Assembly (NCBI GenBank): GCA_017501465.1
Contig: JAFVWY010000018.1
Location: 146,748-210,747 of the forward strand
DNA: 64,000 bases
Direction of reading: 5' to 3'
Source: Bacilli bacterium
GTDB taxonomy: Bacteria > Bacillota_I > Bacilli_A > ML615J-28 > CAG-313
Below are positions 1 through 10,019 of this stretch, piece after piece (the stretch's first letter is position 1; each line of letters begins with the position of its first letter). The translations under genes and the position numbers were made by a program. The notes beneath the pieces were generated by a model that was not told the DNA's origin, did not search any database, and worked only from the letters and a program-made list of their open reading frames with translations.

Positions 1-73
1 TTTACGATGTTAGTTCCTTTATTAACATGTCAGGTCACACAGGATGTGGCACTTATTAATGGAGGAAAGAAAA

Positions 74-751
74 ATGAAAACAAAAGAAGAATTACTTAAG
101 AAGTACGAAGGAACAGAATTTTACGATTGCATTAATGTTCACTATGGAAGTAAAGAATCGTTCCAAGATTATGATGGTGGTCTTTTAAATTTTGATGAGA
201 ATGCTATGAAGGATATTGTGGGTGCTGAAAAGCTAACGTATCCAGATTTCATTGATATTCAAATACAAACTGGGAAGAATTACCGTGGCGGTTTTATGCT
301 TTGCTATTATTATTGTCCTATGGGATTTAAAGGTGAAGTTGAGAAGTTCGGTAAAGGAAGAATATGTTTTAGTAGAATTTTCATTGATGGAATGTATCCT
401 GATGGGGTTTGGTTTGTAGATAAAGAAGAACATGTATGGATGTCAATTAAAGGGTTTGAAGATTTGAAAGTTGGAGACTGCGTTTCATTCTTTGCTGAAC
501 CATACCGTTATATCAAAACTGGTGATGGGAAGAAGCATGATTTTGGTTTAAGAAAGCCAACTCAAATTAAGAAGATAGAAAAATATGATCTACCAACAGA
601 CGATGATTTATTAATGCAAAATATAAATCAAATAATTTGTGAAAGTTGTTATTTGAATGAACAATGTAGCAGAATGAATTGTATAAGAAATCAAAGAGAA
701 CTGAAAGAACTTCGCAAGAGTATGATGAAGTTTTTAAAAGATAAAAAATAG
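74..751 (+). CDS. Hypothetical protein with C-terminal Cys cluster
   Basis: ORF 44..751; GGAGG RBS at 61 favours ATG at 74; C-terminal CESC-x5-C-x4-C; family not recognised. Confidence 0.7.
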   Translation: MKTKEELLKKYEGTEFYDCINVHYGSKESFQDYDGGLLNFDENAMKDIVGAEKLTYPDFIDIQIQTGKNYRGGFMLCYYYCPMGFKGEVEKFGKGRICFSRIFIDGMYPDGVWFVDKEEHVWMSIKGFEDLKVGDCVSFFAEPYRYIKTGDGKKHDFGLRKPTQIKKIEKYDLPTDDDLLMQNINQIICESCYLNEQCSRMNCIRNQRELKELRKSMMKFLKDKK

Positions 752-987
752 GGGTATGCAAAACGCAACAATTTAACGATTACCCCAATAATTTAAGATT
801 ACAAGGTTTAGGGTATGCAATTGTATTAAAATTGTGTAACGTTGCCATTTTTTGAAATTTATAGGTCTTCTTAAAAGAGGATCTTTTTTATTTTTATAGG
901 ATATTTTAGCTAGTTTTAGTTAGAATTCCTTATTGTTTTATAAATTTATGAAACGTTTAGATTTAAAGACTCGGCGAGACTGACCAC

Positions 988-1042
988 GGACTCGAACCTA
1001 CAAGAGATAATGGTGAAAATTAAATTAGTTTTAGTATATAAT
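988..1042 (+). repeat. Dispersed ~55 bp element, copy 1 (reverse tRNA T-loop-like motif plus -10 box)
   Basis: ggactcgaacctacaagagataatggtgaaaat...tataat aligns ungapped with 62760..62814 (27 of the first 33 nt identical). Confidence 0.65.
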
Positions 1043-1066
1043 CTACGTGTGAAAGGAGTGGTATTG

Positions 1067-1393
1067 ATGAATTTTAATAATATTAAATTTATAGGTACTG
1101 TTAGAAGTTATCAACAAAGAATATTAGATTGAGCTGATTTATACTTGTCTATGGTAACATTAATATTGTTGCTGCTCCTGGTAGTGGTAAAACTATATTA
1201 GGTTTTGAACTTATTAGAAGATTAGGAAATCCATATATTATTTTATCTCCTACAACTACTATAAGAGAACAATGGGGTGAAAGATTTAATGAATCCTTTT
1301 TATCCAATGGTATTAATATAGATGAGTATGTTAATGATGATAATTGGAACTATTATTGTTGTTATAGATACTCTAAAACCAAATGAAAACTAA
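1067..1393 (+). pseudogene. SF2 (ResIII/DEAD-like) helicase N-terminal fragment
   Basis: RBS GAAAGGAG; reads MNFNNIKFIGTVRSYQQRILD*, then after a frameshift INIVAAPGSGKTILGFELIRRLG..ILSPTTTIREQW (Q motif, Walker A, motif Ia); truncated. Confidence 0.8.
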
Positions 1394-1463
1394 AAAAATT
1401 CAAAAAAACTTAAGTTAAATATCACTTATTAATTTTAATTTTTAAATAAATTTTAACTAAATT

Positions 1464-1655
1464 GAAAAAAAGTGTCAAAATTTGGCACTTTTTTTTATTT
1501 TTTTCGTATATATGTGTGAGGTGAGTAAAAGTATTCAACCTCCTCATTTTTTATAATTGTATACTGTAGCTAATAATCCCCTTGTTACAGTATACGCAAT
1601 GTAAAGTTTTTAATAAGGGATGTAGGGTATATTTTTTAGTATACCCTTTTTTTGC
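1464..1655 (+). promoter_or_regulatory. Palindromic operator-like site followed by three hairpins ending in a terminator
   Basis: aaaaagtgtcaaaatttggcacttttt; then gaggtgagta/tattcaacctc, gtatactgtagc/gttacagtatac and agggtata/tataccct followed by a T tract. Confidence 0.45.
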
Positions 1656-1957
1656 TTTTTTTTAGGAGAGATATGGATTATTTAAAATTATGTAAAAAAA
1701 GAAGAAACAAAAAAGAAATGAAGTTTTTTATTAAAGATGTAAAAAAACTAAGATATTTATATAAAAAAGGTTCATGTGATAATATGTTAAAACATATATC
1801 AAACATTAAAACAAAATATCAAATTGAATCAAACTTTTGGAAGGATTTAAGTATTTCTAATCCTATTACTATAAAAGATTTCTATATTAATGCAGAACAA
1901 CACTTAGAAAGAAAGAGTGTAGAGCTTTTATTGAAATATGGATTATTTAAAAAGTAG
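1652..1957 (+). CDS. Small basic hypothetical protein, possibly a remnant of a decayed gene
   Basis: ORF with AGGAG RBS before MDYLKL; downstream DNA to ~2443 looks like degraded coding sequence. Confidence 0.4.
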   Translation: MLFFRRDMDYLKLCKKRRNKKEMKFFIKDVKKLRYLYKKGSCDNMLKHISNIKTKYQIESNFWKDLSISNPITIKDFYINAEQHLERKSVELLLKYGLFKK

Positions 1958-2770
1958 GAATCATTTATTATTTTGTTTCCCTAAGACTATTTTTATTTAA
2001 ATGCTAATAATTATATTTTAAGTTATATTATAAGAAATAAAGTGATTTTATTTTTTTAAAAAATTACTTAAATAAAATAATATATAAAAGTGTCTTATTA
2101 AATGTAAGATATCTTAATTGAACGAATTATTTATGAACTTAGAAGAAAAATTAAAGCGCACATTAAGTAAAAATAAAATAGATTTGGGATCTATTATTAA
2201 TGATAAACCAAAAAACAAAAAAGATTCAATTTTAAATACTCTATTGTTTTTAGTTTGGTAATAACCTTTTTAGTAGTAGGTGTTTTGATTTTTAATAAAC
2301 ATGTAACTGTTAATTTTTCTAGACCAATATATAAAACTGAAATCGAAATTATGGATATGTATGAATATGTATTAGTCGTTAAAGGTAATGATAAAAAGTA
2401 CAGTAAGACAAGGAATAATTTTCTTTATATGATATGGAAATAGTAGATTATATAAAAAAAGTGAAACTCTAGATACTAATCTTTTATCATTTTGTGGATA
2501 TAATGTATATAATCATAATTATTTTAATAAATGGTTTAAAAATTGGATCTTAAAAACTAATCTTACATAAATGGTGTATTTTTTTGGTATGCCCTTTTCG
2601 GTTATTTGTTTCACGGGAGTTTACACTTTTGTCTCTATGAGAAAAAGAGCAAAAGATGATGAAAATTCTGTGATGAGACAACTTTAAATATTTGAACAAA
2701 TAATCAAAAATCACTGCTAAAAATTTGCAGTAAATTAGACATTTTTAAAAAGTAATTAAGGAGGAAATAT

Positions 2771-3799
2771 ATGCCATATATAATTTCAGCATCAGAAAAG
2801 ACTAGAAAATCTGCATCAGAAACTGAAACAAAAGCATTATTGTATTTAATGAATTTTGACGAACATAGTAGTCAAATACACTACTATATTATTGATGTAA
2901 TAAATGACCTCTCTGGACATTCTGTAGATATGATTAATTCTTGGGATGTTCAATCGAAAGGAAATAAATCTCCTTCCCCCAAAACTATTGGAAAGGAAAT
3001 AGTTACGCTTTTTAAAAATTTTATGTCTGAATTCAATTTTATGAAATCAATATTATTTCTAGGTGGTGTATCATCTACTTTTAGAATTGACGAGAGCATT
3101 AATATATTTGGAATTGAAAATGTTAAGTCATCATCAAAGACCAAAATGATTGAAGGATTAAAAGAAGAAGCTGCAGAAAAGGAATATATTGAAGGAGAGT
3201 GGATCACTGATGAAAATATTGATATTTTTTTAGACCAATTAACTTTTGTTATTGATGATAAAGGTAAAACTGAATATGTCAGAGGAATTATTAGCCTTAA
3301 AACTTCCGTTATAGTTAATGATGAAATTTTAATAAGCATTTTCGATTCCATCAGGGATGTGCAGTCAGCTAAAAAGAATAATATGAATGTTGAAGGTAAA
3401 AGTTTGAATTCACTAACTGATATCTTAAGATTTAAAAGACACATGACATCAGATGAAATTCGAATTATGGCATTAAATCGTATAGTAAACACAAATATAA
3501 TGGATAAAGGAATGCCGATTTGCCTTAATGAAGTAATTGGACATTTGAGTAAAAATGATTTGAAAGATGTTGTTGAAGACTGTAAATTGAATATTTCTAA
3601 AGCACTGTTCGACAAAAATAATAGCGATAATTTTTGGGATTTGTTTGGTGAAATATATACACTTATTACTGATAATCCACAGGGAACAATAGAGAAAATA
3701 TTTATTTTGATTAATAAAAACAAAATAAATTGTGTTCATCATTTAGATGAAATGGCTATAAAATATTTAGTTGCGCTAATAATGGAGGTTATTATATGA
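2771..3799 (+). CDS. lmuA: Lamassu-like effector, PD-(D/E)xK (Cap4/DUF4297-like) nuclease
   Basis: AAGGAGG RBS; D..ND...WDVQSK nuclease-like motif; ATGA overlap with an SMC-like ATPase. Confidence 0.7.
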   Translation: MPYIISASEKTRKSASETETKALLYLMNFDEHSSQIHYYIIDVINDLSGHSVDMINSWDVQSKGNKSPSPKTIGKEIVTLFKNFMSEFNFMKSILFLGGVSSTFRIDESINIFGIENVKSSSKTKMIEGLKEEAAEKEYIEGEWITDENIDIFLDQLTFVIDDKGKTEYVRGIISLKTSVIVNDEILISIFDSIRDVQSAKKNNMNVEGKSLNSLTDILRFKRHMTSDEIRIMALNRIVNTNIMDKGMPICLNEVIGHLSKNDLKDVVEDCKLNISKALFDKNNSDNFWDLFGEIYTLITDNPQGTIEKIFILINKNKINCVHHLDEMAIKYLVALIMEVII

Positions 3800-5403
3800 T
3801 TATAAATAAGATTGCTATTGGTAATTCCCAAGAAGCATTTATTGAGGATAGATTTACAAGTGGACTAAACATAATTTCAAGTGATGATAATAACAAAGGT
3901 AAAACAATTGTTATGCAAGCAATATTTTATGCTATTGGTAATGAACCTGTATTTCCTTCATCATTTGATTATAAAGAATATTACTATATACTAGATTTCA
4001 CTTTGGATAATGGAAATAACATTTTGTGTTGTAGAAAAAATGATTCATATGTTGTAAAAGTAAATGAAAGTTTAAATTTATTTGATTCAACAGCAGAATT
4101 GAAAAGATTTTTTTCTAGAAATGGATTTGAATTTCCATATATTATAAAAGATAATATTAAAAAAATGGTAGATCCAGTTTTGTTATATGAGTTGTTCTTT
4201 GTTGGTCAAGACAAGAAAAACACTTCTGATATTATTCATAAAGGTTATTATAAAAAAGAAGATTTCATAAATATGATTTATTCAATTGCAGGAATAGAAT
4301 TAGTCCAAACATTAAACGTTGACGAAGAACTTACTAAAAAAAGAATAGATGAACTTGAAGAAGAAAAAAAACAATTAAAAAAACAAAATAAAATTTTATC
4401 TTCTAAAAGTACAACAATGAATACAGTTTCAACCTATAGTGATATAACATCTTTGGAATCTAAATTTTCTGAAATAAAAAAAATAAAAGATACTATTGTA
4501 GAATGTTCTAAAGAAAGAAATAGATTAATTAATAGACTACTTAAAAATGAAAATGCATTAAAAGAGTTAAGATCGTTAAATCAATTTATAGAATCAGGAA
4601 CTTTGCGATGTTCGGATTGTGGCAGTGATAAGATTTTTTATTACACAGAGGATAAGTCATATAATTTTGATATAACAACAACAGACATGAGAACTCAAAT
4701 TCTTAATTCAATTGAAGAAAAAATAGAAGCATATAAAGATGAAATAGATAAGTTAAATAATGTAATTGAGCAGTCTCAAACTTTGTTAAAGGAATTATTA
4801 AAAGATCGTGATATATCAATTGAATCAATATTACTATATAAACCAGATTTTATTAATTATGTTGATGCAGATAATAGGCTTGTAGAAATAAAAAAAGAAA
4901 TAAAAACATTAAAAGATTCATTAATAGTAGGAAAAACAAAGTCTAAGTATGTTCAAGAACAGAGAAATAAACTTATTGAAGATATAGAGCAAGCAATGGA
5001 CTCTATTTACCATATAATTGAATCTAATGGCCCTAATACATTTAGTATATTTACAAAAAAAGAAGAAACATATTCGGGATGCGAAGGGACAGAGTTTTAT
5101 TTATCCAAACTATATGCGTTGCAAAAGATATTAAATCATACATATCCAATTGTAATGGATTATTTTAGAGATGGAGAGTTGTCAACACAAAAGGAAAGTG
5201 TAGTGATTGAAGAGTTCAAAAAACTATCAAATCAGGTTATTTTTTCTGCCACTTTAAAAGAACAAGAACTAGGAAAATATGATAATATTGAAGATGTAAA
5301 TCATATAGACTATATATCTAATATTCCGTTTCATTTATTACAAGAATCTTTTGTACAATTATTTGATGAATTGTTGAAAGAATTAAATATAAAGATAAAA
5401 TAA
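3796..5403 (+). CDS. lmuB: Short SMC/Rad50-like ABC ATPase (Lamassu LmuB-like)
   Basis: Walker A SDDNNKGKT, coiled coils, central CSDC zinc hook, YSGCE signature, Walker B IVMDYFRD. Confidence 0.8.
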   Translation: MIINKIAIGNSQEAFIEDRFTSGLNIISSDDNNKGKTIVMQAIFYAIGNEPVFPSSFDYKEYYYILDFTLDNGNNILCCRKNDSYVVKVNESLNLFDSTAELKRFFSRNGFEFPYIIKDNIKKMVDPVLLYELFFVGQDKKNTSDIIHKGYYKKEDFINMIYSIAGIELVQTLNVDEELTKKRIDELEEEKKQLKKQNKILSSKSTTMNTVSTYSDITSLESKFSEIKKIKDTIVECSKERNRLINRLLKNENALKELRSLNQFIESGTLRCSDCGSDKIFYYTEDKSYNFDITTTDMRTQILNSIEEKIEAYKDEIDKLNNVIEQSQTLLKELLKDRDISIESILLYKPDFINYVDADNRLVEIKKEIKTLKDSLIVGKTKSKYVQEQRNKLIEDIEQAMDSIYHIIESNGPNTFSIFTKKEETYSGCEGTEFYLSKLYALQKILNHTYPIVMDYFRDGELSTQKESVVIEEFKKLSNQVIFSATLKEQELGKYDNIEDVNHIDYISNIPFHLLQESFVQLFDELLKELNIKIK

Positions 5404-5434
5404 AATGATAGGAAATAAAAAAAGGAGCATTTAA

Positions 5435-5857
5435 ATGAACGAAGACAAAAAACAGTATTTGCAGATGATACAAGAACCAATAAGTAGGATGTCGTCAATT
5501 TCGGTAACTATTAAAGGCTTTACGGCAACAATTATAACAGGATTAACAGTAATATCATTTTCTGAAATTAAAACAATTATACTAATACTGGCTTTTATGC
5601 CAATATTAGCTTTCACAATTATGGATATGTATTATTTGAGCATGGAAAGAAAATTTAGATACTTATATAATTGTGTATTAGATGAAAAACATGACATTAA
5701 TTTCTCATTAAAATTAATGAATGAACCATCAGATATAATAAGCGCACGAGCTAGATTTTTAGATTGCCTGAAGTCTCCGAGTATATATTTATTCTATCCA
5801 TTGGTTTATGTAGTTTATATTATAACAATTATATTAAAAATAGGAGGAGTTTTATAA
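5435..5857 (+). CDS. Small 2-3 TM membrane protein, putative TIR-associated effector
   Basis: YLQMIQEPISRMSS..IKGF, two hydrophobic helices, DMYYLSMERKFR and a C-terminal helix; abuts the TIR gene. Confidence 0.7.
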   Translation: MNEDKKQYLQMIQEPISRMSSISVTIKGFTATIITGLTVISFSEIKTIILILAFMPILAFTIMDMYYLSMERKFRYLYNCVLDEKHDINFSLKLMNEPSDIISARARFLDCLKSPSIYLFYPLVYVVYIITIILKIGGVL

Positions 5858-6469
5858 ATGGCACATAAGACTTTTATTTCATATAAATATAGCGAATCAC
5901 AAACTTTAAGAGATAATATAATTAATAAATTAGGGGATGATGCTACTTATTATAGAGGTGAAACTTCTGATTCGCCTGATTTAAGTGATTTTAAAACCGA
6001 AACAATAAAGAAAAAATTAACTGATATGATGTATGATACAAGTGTAACAATTGTAATATTGTCTCCCAATATGAGAGAGAGTAAATGGATTGATTGGGAA
6101 ATAGAGTATTCCTTAAAAGATATTACAAGAAAAGATAGAACATCGCATAATAATGGAGTTGTTGCAGTAATTATGAAAGTTGATGGTTCATACTCTTGGT
6201 TTAAAAAATCGGGGGTTAATTGCCATAGAACCGGCATTGTAAAATATGAAATGGATAAAATTTGTAAAATTATTTCAGCAAATCACTTTAATTCTAATCC
6301 TCCAAAATGGCATTGCAATACATGTAAGACATACGATTGGTTGAATGGATCTTATATTACTTTTGTAGAAGAAGATGATTTTTTAGAAGAACCATTAAAA
6401 TATATTGACAATGCATATGATAAAAGTGAAAATGATGGAAAAGGATATAAATTGAATAAAGAAAGATAA
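5858..6469 (+). CDS. thsB: ThsB-like TIR domain protein (DUF1863/MTH538 type)
   Basis: KTFISY, TSVTIVILSP and SKWIDWEIEYSL with the catalytic Glu. Confidence 0.85.
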   Translation: MAHKTFISYKYSESQTLRDNIINKLGDDATYYRGETSDSPDLSDFKTETIKKKLTDMMYDTSVTIVILSPNMRESKWIDWEIEYSLKDITRKDRTSHNNGVVAVIMKVDGSYSWFKKSGVNCHRTGIVKYEMDKICKIISANHFNSNPPKWHCNTCKTYDWLNGSYITFVEEDDFLEEPLKYIDNAYDKSENDGKGYKLNKER

Positions 6470-6471
6470 TT

Positions 6472-6720
6472 ATGAACAAACTATTTAAATATATATTAGA
6501 AAACTATAATGATGGAATTGAAAAAGTAGATTCATCTACTGAACTATATAAAGTATTAACAAAAACACTTCCTAATAAAATAGGATATACACTAGGAATA
6601 AGTGATCTTATAGTTAAAGGATCTATGGGATAAGGTAATAAAACACAGTATCCTTGGATTGCTATAATGGATAAGAACATTACACAATCAACTCAATATG
6701 GATTAAAAAAACAATTATAT
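6472..6720 (+). pseudogene. McrB N-terminal-like (DUF3578) domain fragment
   Basis: VKGSMG*GNKTQYPWIAIMDKNITQSTQYG matches the family pattern KGS.GQGN...PWIA..D..IT.S.Q.G; in-frame TAA at 6631; truncated. Confidence 0.75.
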
Positions 6721-6835
6721 GAGCTATATTATTAAAACAATTAATTATAAAATTTACGTATTCTAAATTATTAAGATGAAATCTTTGTTTAAATATGTTA
6801 TAATACTTGTATATTCATTAAAAAAGGTAATAATT

Positions 6836-8113
6836 ATGAAATCATATACAATAAAAGAATTATCAAAACTAAGTGGCTTAAATAGAAAAGAAATAAGAAA
6901 GCATTTAATTGCGCAAACATTAAAGAATGAAGTGCGTTCAGGAAAATACTTTGTAGAAGAAGAAGATTTAAATGTGTGGTTAAAGAACCCGACTGTTCTA
7001 GATGAAAATAATTTAGACTCTATTTTCAATGAAGAACAAGAAGAGGTACTAGAAGAAAAGGGTATTTATGAAAAAGATATTAGTAAAAGTAAAAAAAATA
7101 TTGATTGGAAAAATGTTCCTTTAAACACTATTAAATTTGCTGACTTTTTCTGTGGAGCTGGAGGAATTTCTTTAGGTTTATTGATGGCTGGATATGAGCC
7201 TGTTTTAGGAGTTGATATTAATGAGTCAGCTATTGAAACATATAGAAAAAATTTAGGTTCAAGATTCGAAAAATTAACTAATCTTTCTGCAAAAGATATT
7301 ACAAAAAAAGAAGTTAAAAGCGAAATCATTCAAAAGTTAAAAACTGAAAATGTTAAACTTATTTGTGGAGGATTCCCGTGTCAAGGGTTTAGCTTATCAG
7401 GTAGTAGAGTAATATCTGACCCTAGAAATACTTTATATAAAGATATGCTAGAGATTGTTGATGAAGTTAGACCAGAATTTATTGTAATGGAAAATGTTGT
7501 AGGAATTACAACTATATATAAAGGTAAAGTACTAAACAAAATAATTCGAGATTATAGGAGAATAGGATATGAAATCTCGTGGCAAGAAATAAATGCTGCA
7601 GATTTTGAAGTTGGACAATCAAGAAAAAGAATTATTTTTATAGGTAATTGTGTAGATAAAAGAAACATATTCCCTAAAAAATTAATAGATGATCCTGCAA
7701 ATTATATTACTTGTGGTGACGTAATTGAAAAATATAAAACTATGAATGAAGATAAATCTATTAATCATATTTTTTCAAGACATTCTGATACTATGAAACA
7801 AAGACTTTTAGCAGTTCCTGTTGGTAAAAGTTTATATTCTAACTATGGAGATTCTTGGAAAAAGTGTTCTAAGGATAAACCTTCATGTACAATAAAAGGT
7901 AATCATGGGGCAACTAATATTCACTATGAACTTCCTAGAGTAATTACACCTAGGGAAATGGCAGCTTTGCAATCTTTCCCAGATGATTATATTTTTTATG
8001 GATCTAAACATGATATTCTTGTTCAAATAGGAAATGCTGTAGCACCATACGTAGCAAGATCAATAGGACTTGCTCTAAAAGAAGAAATATTAAAAGAAAT
8101 AAATGAGGATTAA
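6836..8113 (+). CDS. C5-cytosine DNA methyltransferase with N-terminal excisionase-like HTH
   Basis: FFCGAGG, GGFPCQGFS, ENV, QSRKR, IGNAV; N-terminus YTIKELSK..LNRKEIRK..GKYFV; start 6836 follows TGTTATAAT and an AAGGT RBS. Confidence 0.92.
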   Translation: MKSYTIKELSKLSGLNRKEIRKHLIAQTLKNEVRSGKYFVEEEDLNVWLKNPTVLDENNLDSIFNEEQEEVLEEKGIYEKDISKSKKNIDWKNVPLNTIKFADFFCGAGGISLGLLMAGYEPVLGVDINESAIETYRKNLGSRFEKLTNLSAKDITKKEVKSEIIQKLKTENVKLICGGFPCQGFSLSGSRVISDPRNTLYKDMLEIVDEVRPEFIVMENVVGITTIYKGKVLNKIIRDYRRIGYEISWQEINAADFEVGQSRKRIIFIGNCVDKRNIFPKKLIDDPANYITCGDVIEKYKTMNEDKSINHIFSRHSDTMKQRLLAVPVGKSLYSNYGDSWKKCSKDKPSCTIKGNHGATNIHYELPRVITPREMAALQSFPDDYIFYGSKHDILVQIGNAVAPYVARSIGLALKEEILKEINED

Positions 8114-10019
8114 TATGTCTAAGTGGAAATGGAATTTTAGTGTAAAAAATGAGCCTGATTATAAATTAGTAGATTCATTTAGTGATTCAAAGTTCAATAT
8201 TAATTGTGTTGCCTCTTTTACTAGGGAAATTATTCAAAATTCATTGGATGCTAAGAATAAAGAAATTAATTCTCCCGTAGAAGTTAAGTTTGAAATTAAA
8301 AAAATAAAATCTAGTAAAATTCCAGGAATAGCTGATTTATTATTTGTGCTTGAGAAATCATTATTGAATTTAACTCATCCTGAAACAATAAACAAATTTA
8401 AAAGAGCAATAGAAAACTTAAAGAAAGATGAAATAGAAGTTTTAAAAATTTCTGACTATAATACTCTTGGAATGACTTTGAAAAGTTGGGAAGCTTTATT
8501 ATTTAAAGAAGGCGTTTCTGACAAACAAAATGATTCATCAGCTGGAAGACATGGTGTAGGGAAAAAAGCGTCATTTCTAATGAGTTTATGTAATACTGTA
8601 TATTATGCTACTAAAAATATTAATGATGAAATTTTTTTTAGTGGGAAATCTGTATTAGTCGATTGGAAAAAAGATAATAATGATAGTGAGTGGTATTCAA
8701 GAACAGGATGGTTTGGTGATAAAACTGACAATAGTATTAGATTTTTAAAAAATGAAGAAATAAATGATATTGATAATTTCTTTATTAGAAAAGATTCATA
8801 TGGTTCAGATGTAATGGTTTTATCTCCAAGAGTTATTGATGAAGAATATGATCTTGAAAGATTGATAATTAATTCGGTTTTAGAAAATTTCTATGTTGGT
8901 TTATGCGAAAATAAATTGGTTGTGAAAGTTAATAAAATAGAAATCAATTCAAAAAATGTGAATAATGTTTTAGAAAATTATTATATTGACAAATTTACAA
9001 GACAAGGAATTATTGGTTCTAATATTACTTATGGTTTGCTGAGAGATTTTAAGAATGCGTATATAGAAAATTATAAAACTCCTGTAGTTATCGATATACC
9101 AAAATTAAATTCTCATTTAGATTTATACATAACATTAAATACAGAAAAAGCTAAGAAATACTATTCTTTCTATCGTGATCATGGTATGAAAATAAAAGAT
9201 GAAAGATTTAGTGATGCAGATAAGACATTTGCAGCAATAGTTGTGGCAAGAGGAGATGGCATTAATGAATTTTTACTTAATTTAGAAAATGCTGCTCATG
9301 ATGATTTTATAGTTGATGAAAATTTAGATAAAGATAAAAAGAAAGAATTTAATGATATGCTATCATATATTAAAGATATGATTGGCTATAATATTAAAAA
9401 AATAACAAAATTGGATTTAAGTGATGAAATTGAGTTAAATGAACTTAACGATATAATTGACAACCCTGGTGAAATAAGTAGAAAAGTTTCTAAAAAAACA
9501 ACAGCTAAGAAAAGTATAAAACCAGAAAGTAAAATTGTAATTCAAACAAAATCAAATAAACAAGTTGAAGAAGAATGGAATGAAAGAATTAAACCACTAG
9601 ATCCTATTCCTGCAACACCAATAAAACCGATAGGGCCTGACACTCCTCCTCGTCCATTACCTTATTCTAAAGAATTAGAAGAAGAAAACAAAGAAGAAAA
9701 GAAGTTGCTTAAAGAGGTCGCTTTCGAAAAAATGTTAGTAACATTACATGATTGTTATTATATGCAATTTTCATGTTCATATAATTTGAAACGAGTATCA
9801 ATTCAAGTTACTGCTAAAAATGTTGATGATGCAGAAAATGATGTTGGTTATATGTTAAGCGAAATTCTATGGAACAATGAAATTTATCCTAATAAGGGTA
9901 ATAATTATATTGAACTAGGTGATTTAGCTGCATATGAAGATATGAAATTATTTATTAAATTAAAAGAATCTTCTAGATATAAATTATTCGCAAGAATTGT
10001 AGGTAAAACATATGATTAA
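8103..10019 (+). CDS. GHKL (MORC/paraMORC-like) ATPase
   Basis: N box REIIQNSLDA, G1 KISDYNTLG, G2 SAGRHGVGK; Pro-rich linker near the C-terminus; probable start 8115. Confidence 0.75.
   Translation: MRINMSKWKWNFSVKNEPDYKLVDSFSDSKFNINCVASFTREIIQNSLDAKNKEINSPVEVKFEIKKIKSSKIPGIADLLFVLEKSLLNLTHPETINKFKRAIENLKKDEIEVLKISDYNTLGMTLKSWEALLFKEGVSDKQNDSSAGRHGVGKKASFLMSLCNTVYYATKNINDEIFFSGKSVLVDWKKDNNDSEWYSRTGWFGDKTDNSIRFLKNEEINDIDNFFIRKDSYGSDVMVLSPRVIDEEYDLERLIINSVLENFYVGLCENKLVVKVNKIEINSKNVNNVLENYYIDKFTRQGIIGSNITYGLLRDFKNAYIENYKTPVVIDIPKLNSHLDLYITLNTEKAKKYYSFYRDHGMKIKDERFSDADKTFAAIVVARGDGINEFLLNLENAAHDDFIVDENLDKDKKKEFNDMLSYIKDMIGYNIKKITKLDLSDEIELNELNDIIDNPGEISRKVSKKTTAKKSIKPESKIVIQTKSNKQVEEEWNERIKPLDPIPATPIKPIGPDTPPRPLPYSKELEEENKEEKKLLKEVAFEKMLVTLHDCYYMQFSCSYNLKRVSIQVTAKNVDDAENDVGYMLSEILWNNEIYPNKGNNYIELGDLAAYEDMKLFIKLKESSRYKLFARIVGKTYD

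Noticed and set aside
973-1001. Minus-strand tRNA gene
   Set aside because: Only a T-arm-like motif is present; no D arm, anticodon arm or acceptor stem can be folded
1652-2443. ECF sigma/anti-sigma pseudogene pair
   Set aside because: The resemblance is vague (a basic helical ORF followed by a single-TM fragment); no diagnostic motif can be supported
2950-3723. 257 aa minus-strand ORF and the many other antisense ORFs (for example 5950-6237, 31043-31408, 55458-55889)
   Set aside because: They are shadows of well-supported plus-strand genes: Ser/Ile/Phe/Leu-rich, with no motifs and no convincing RBS
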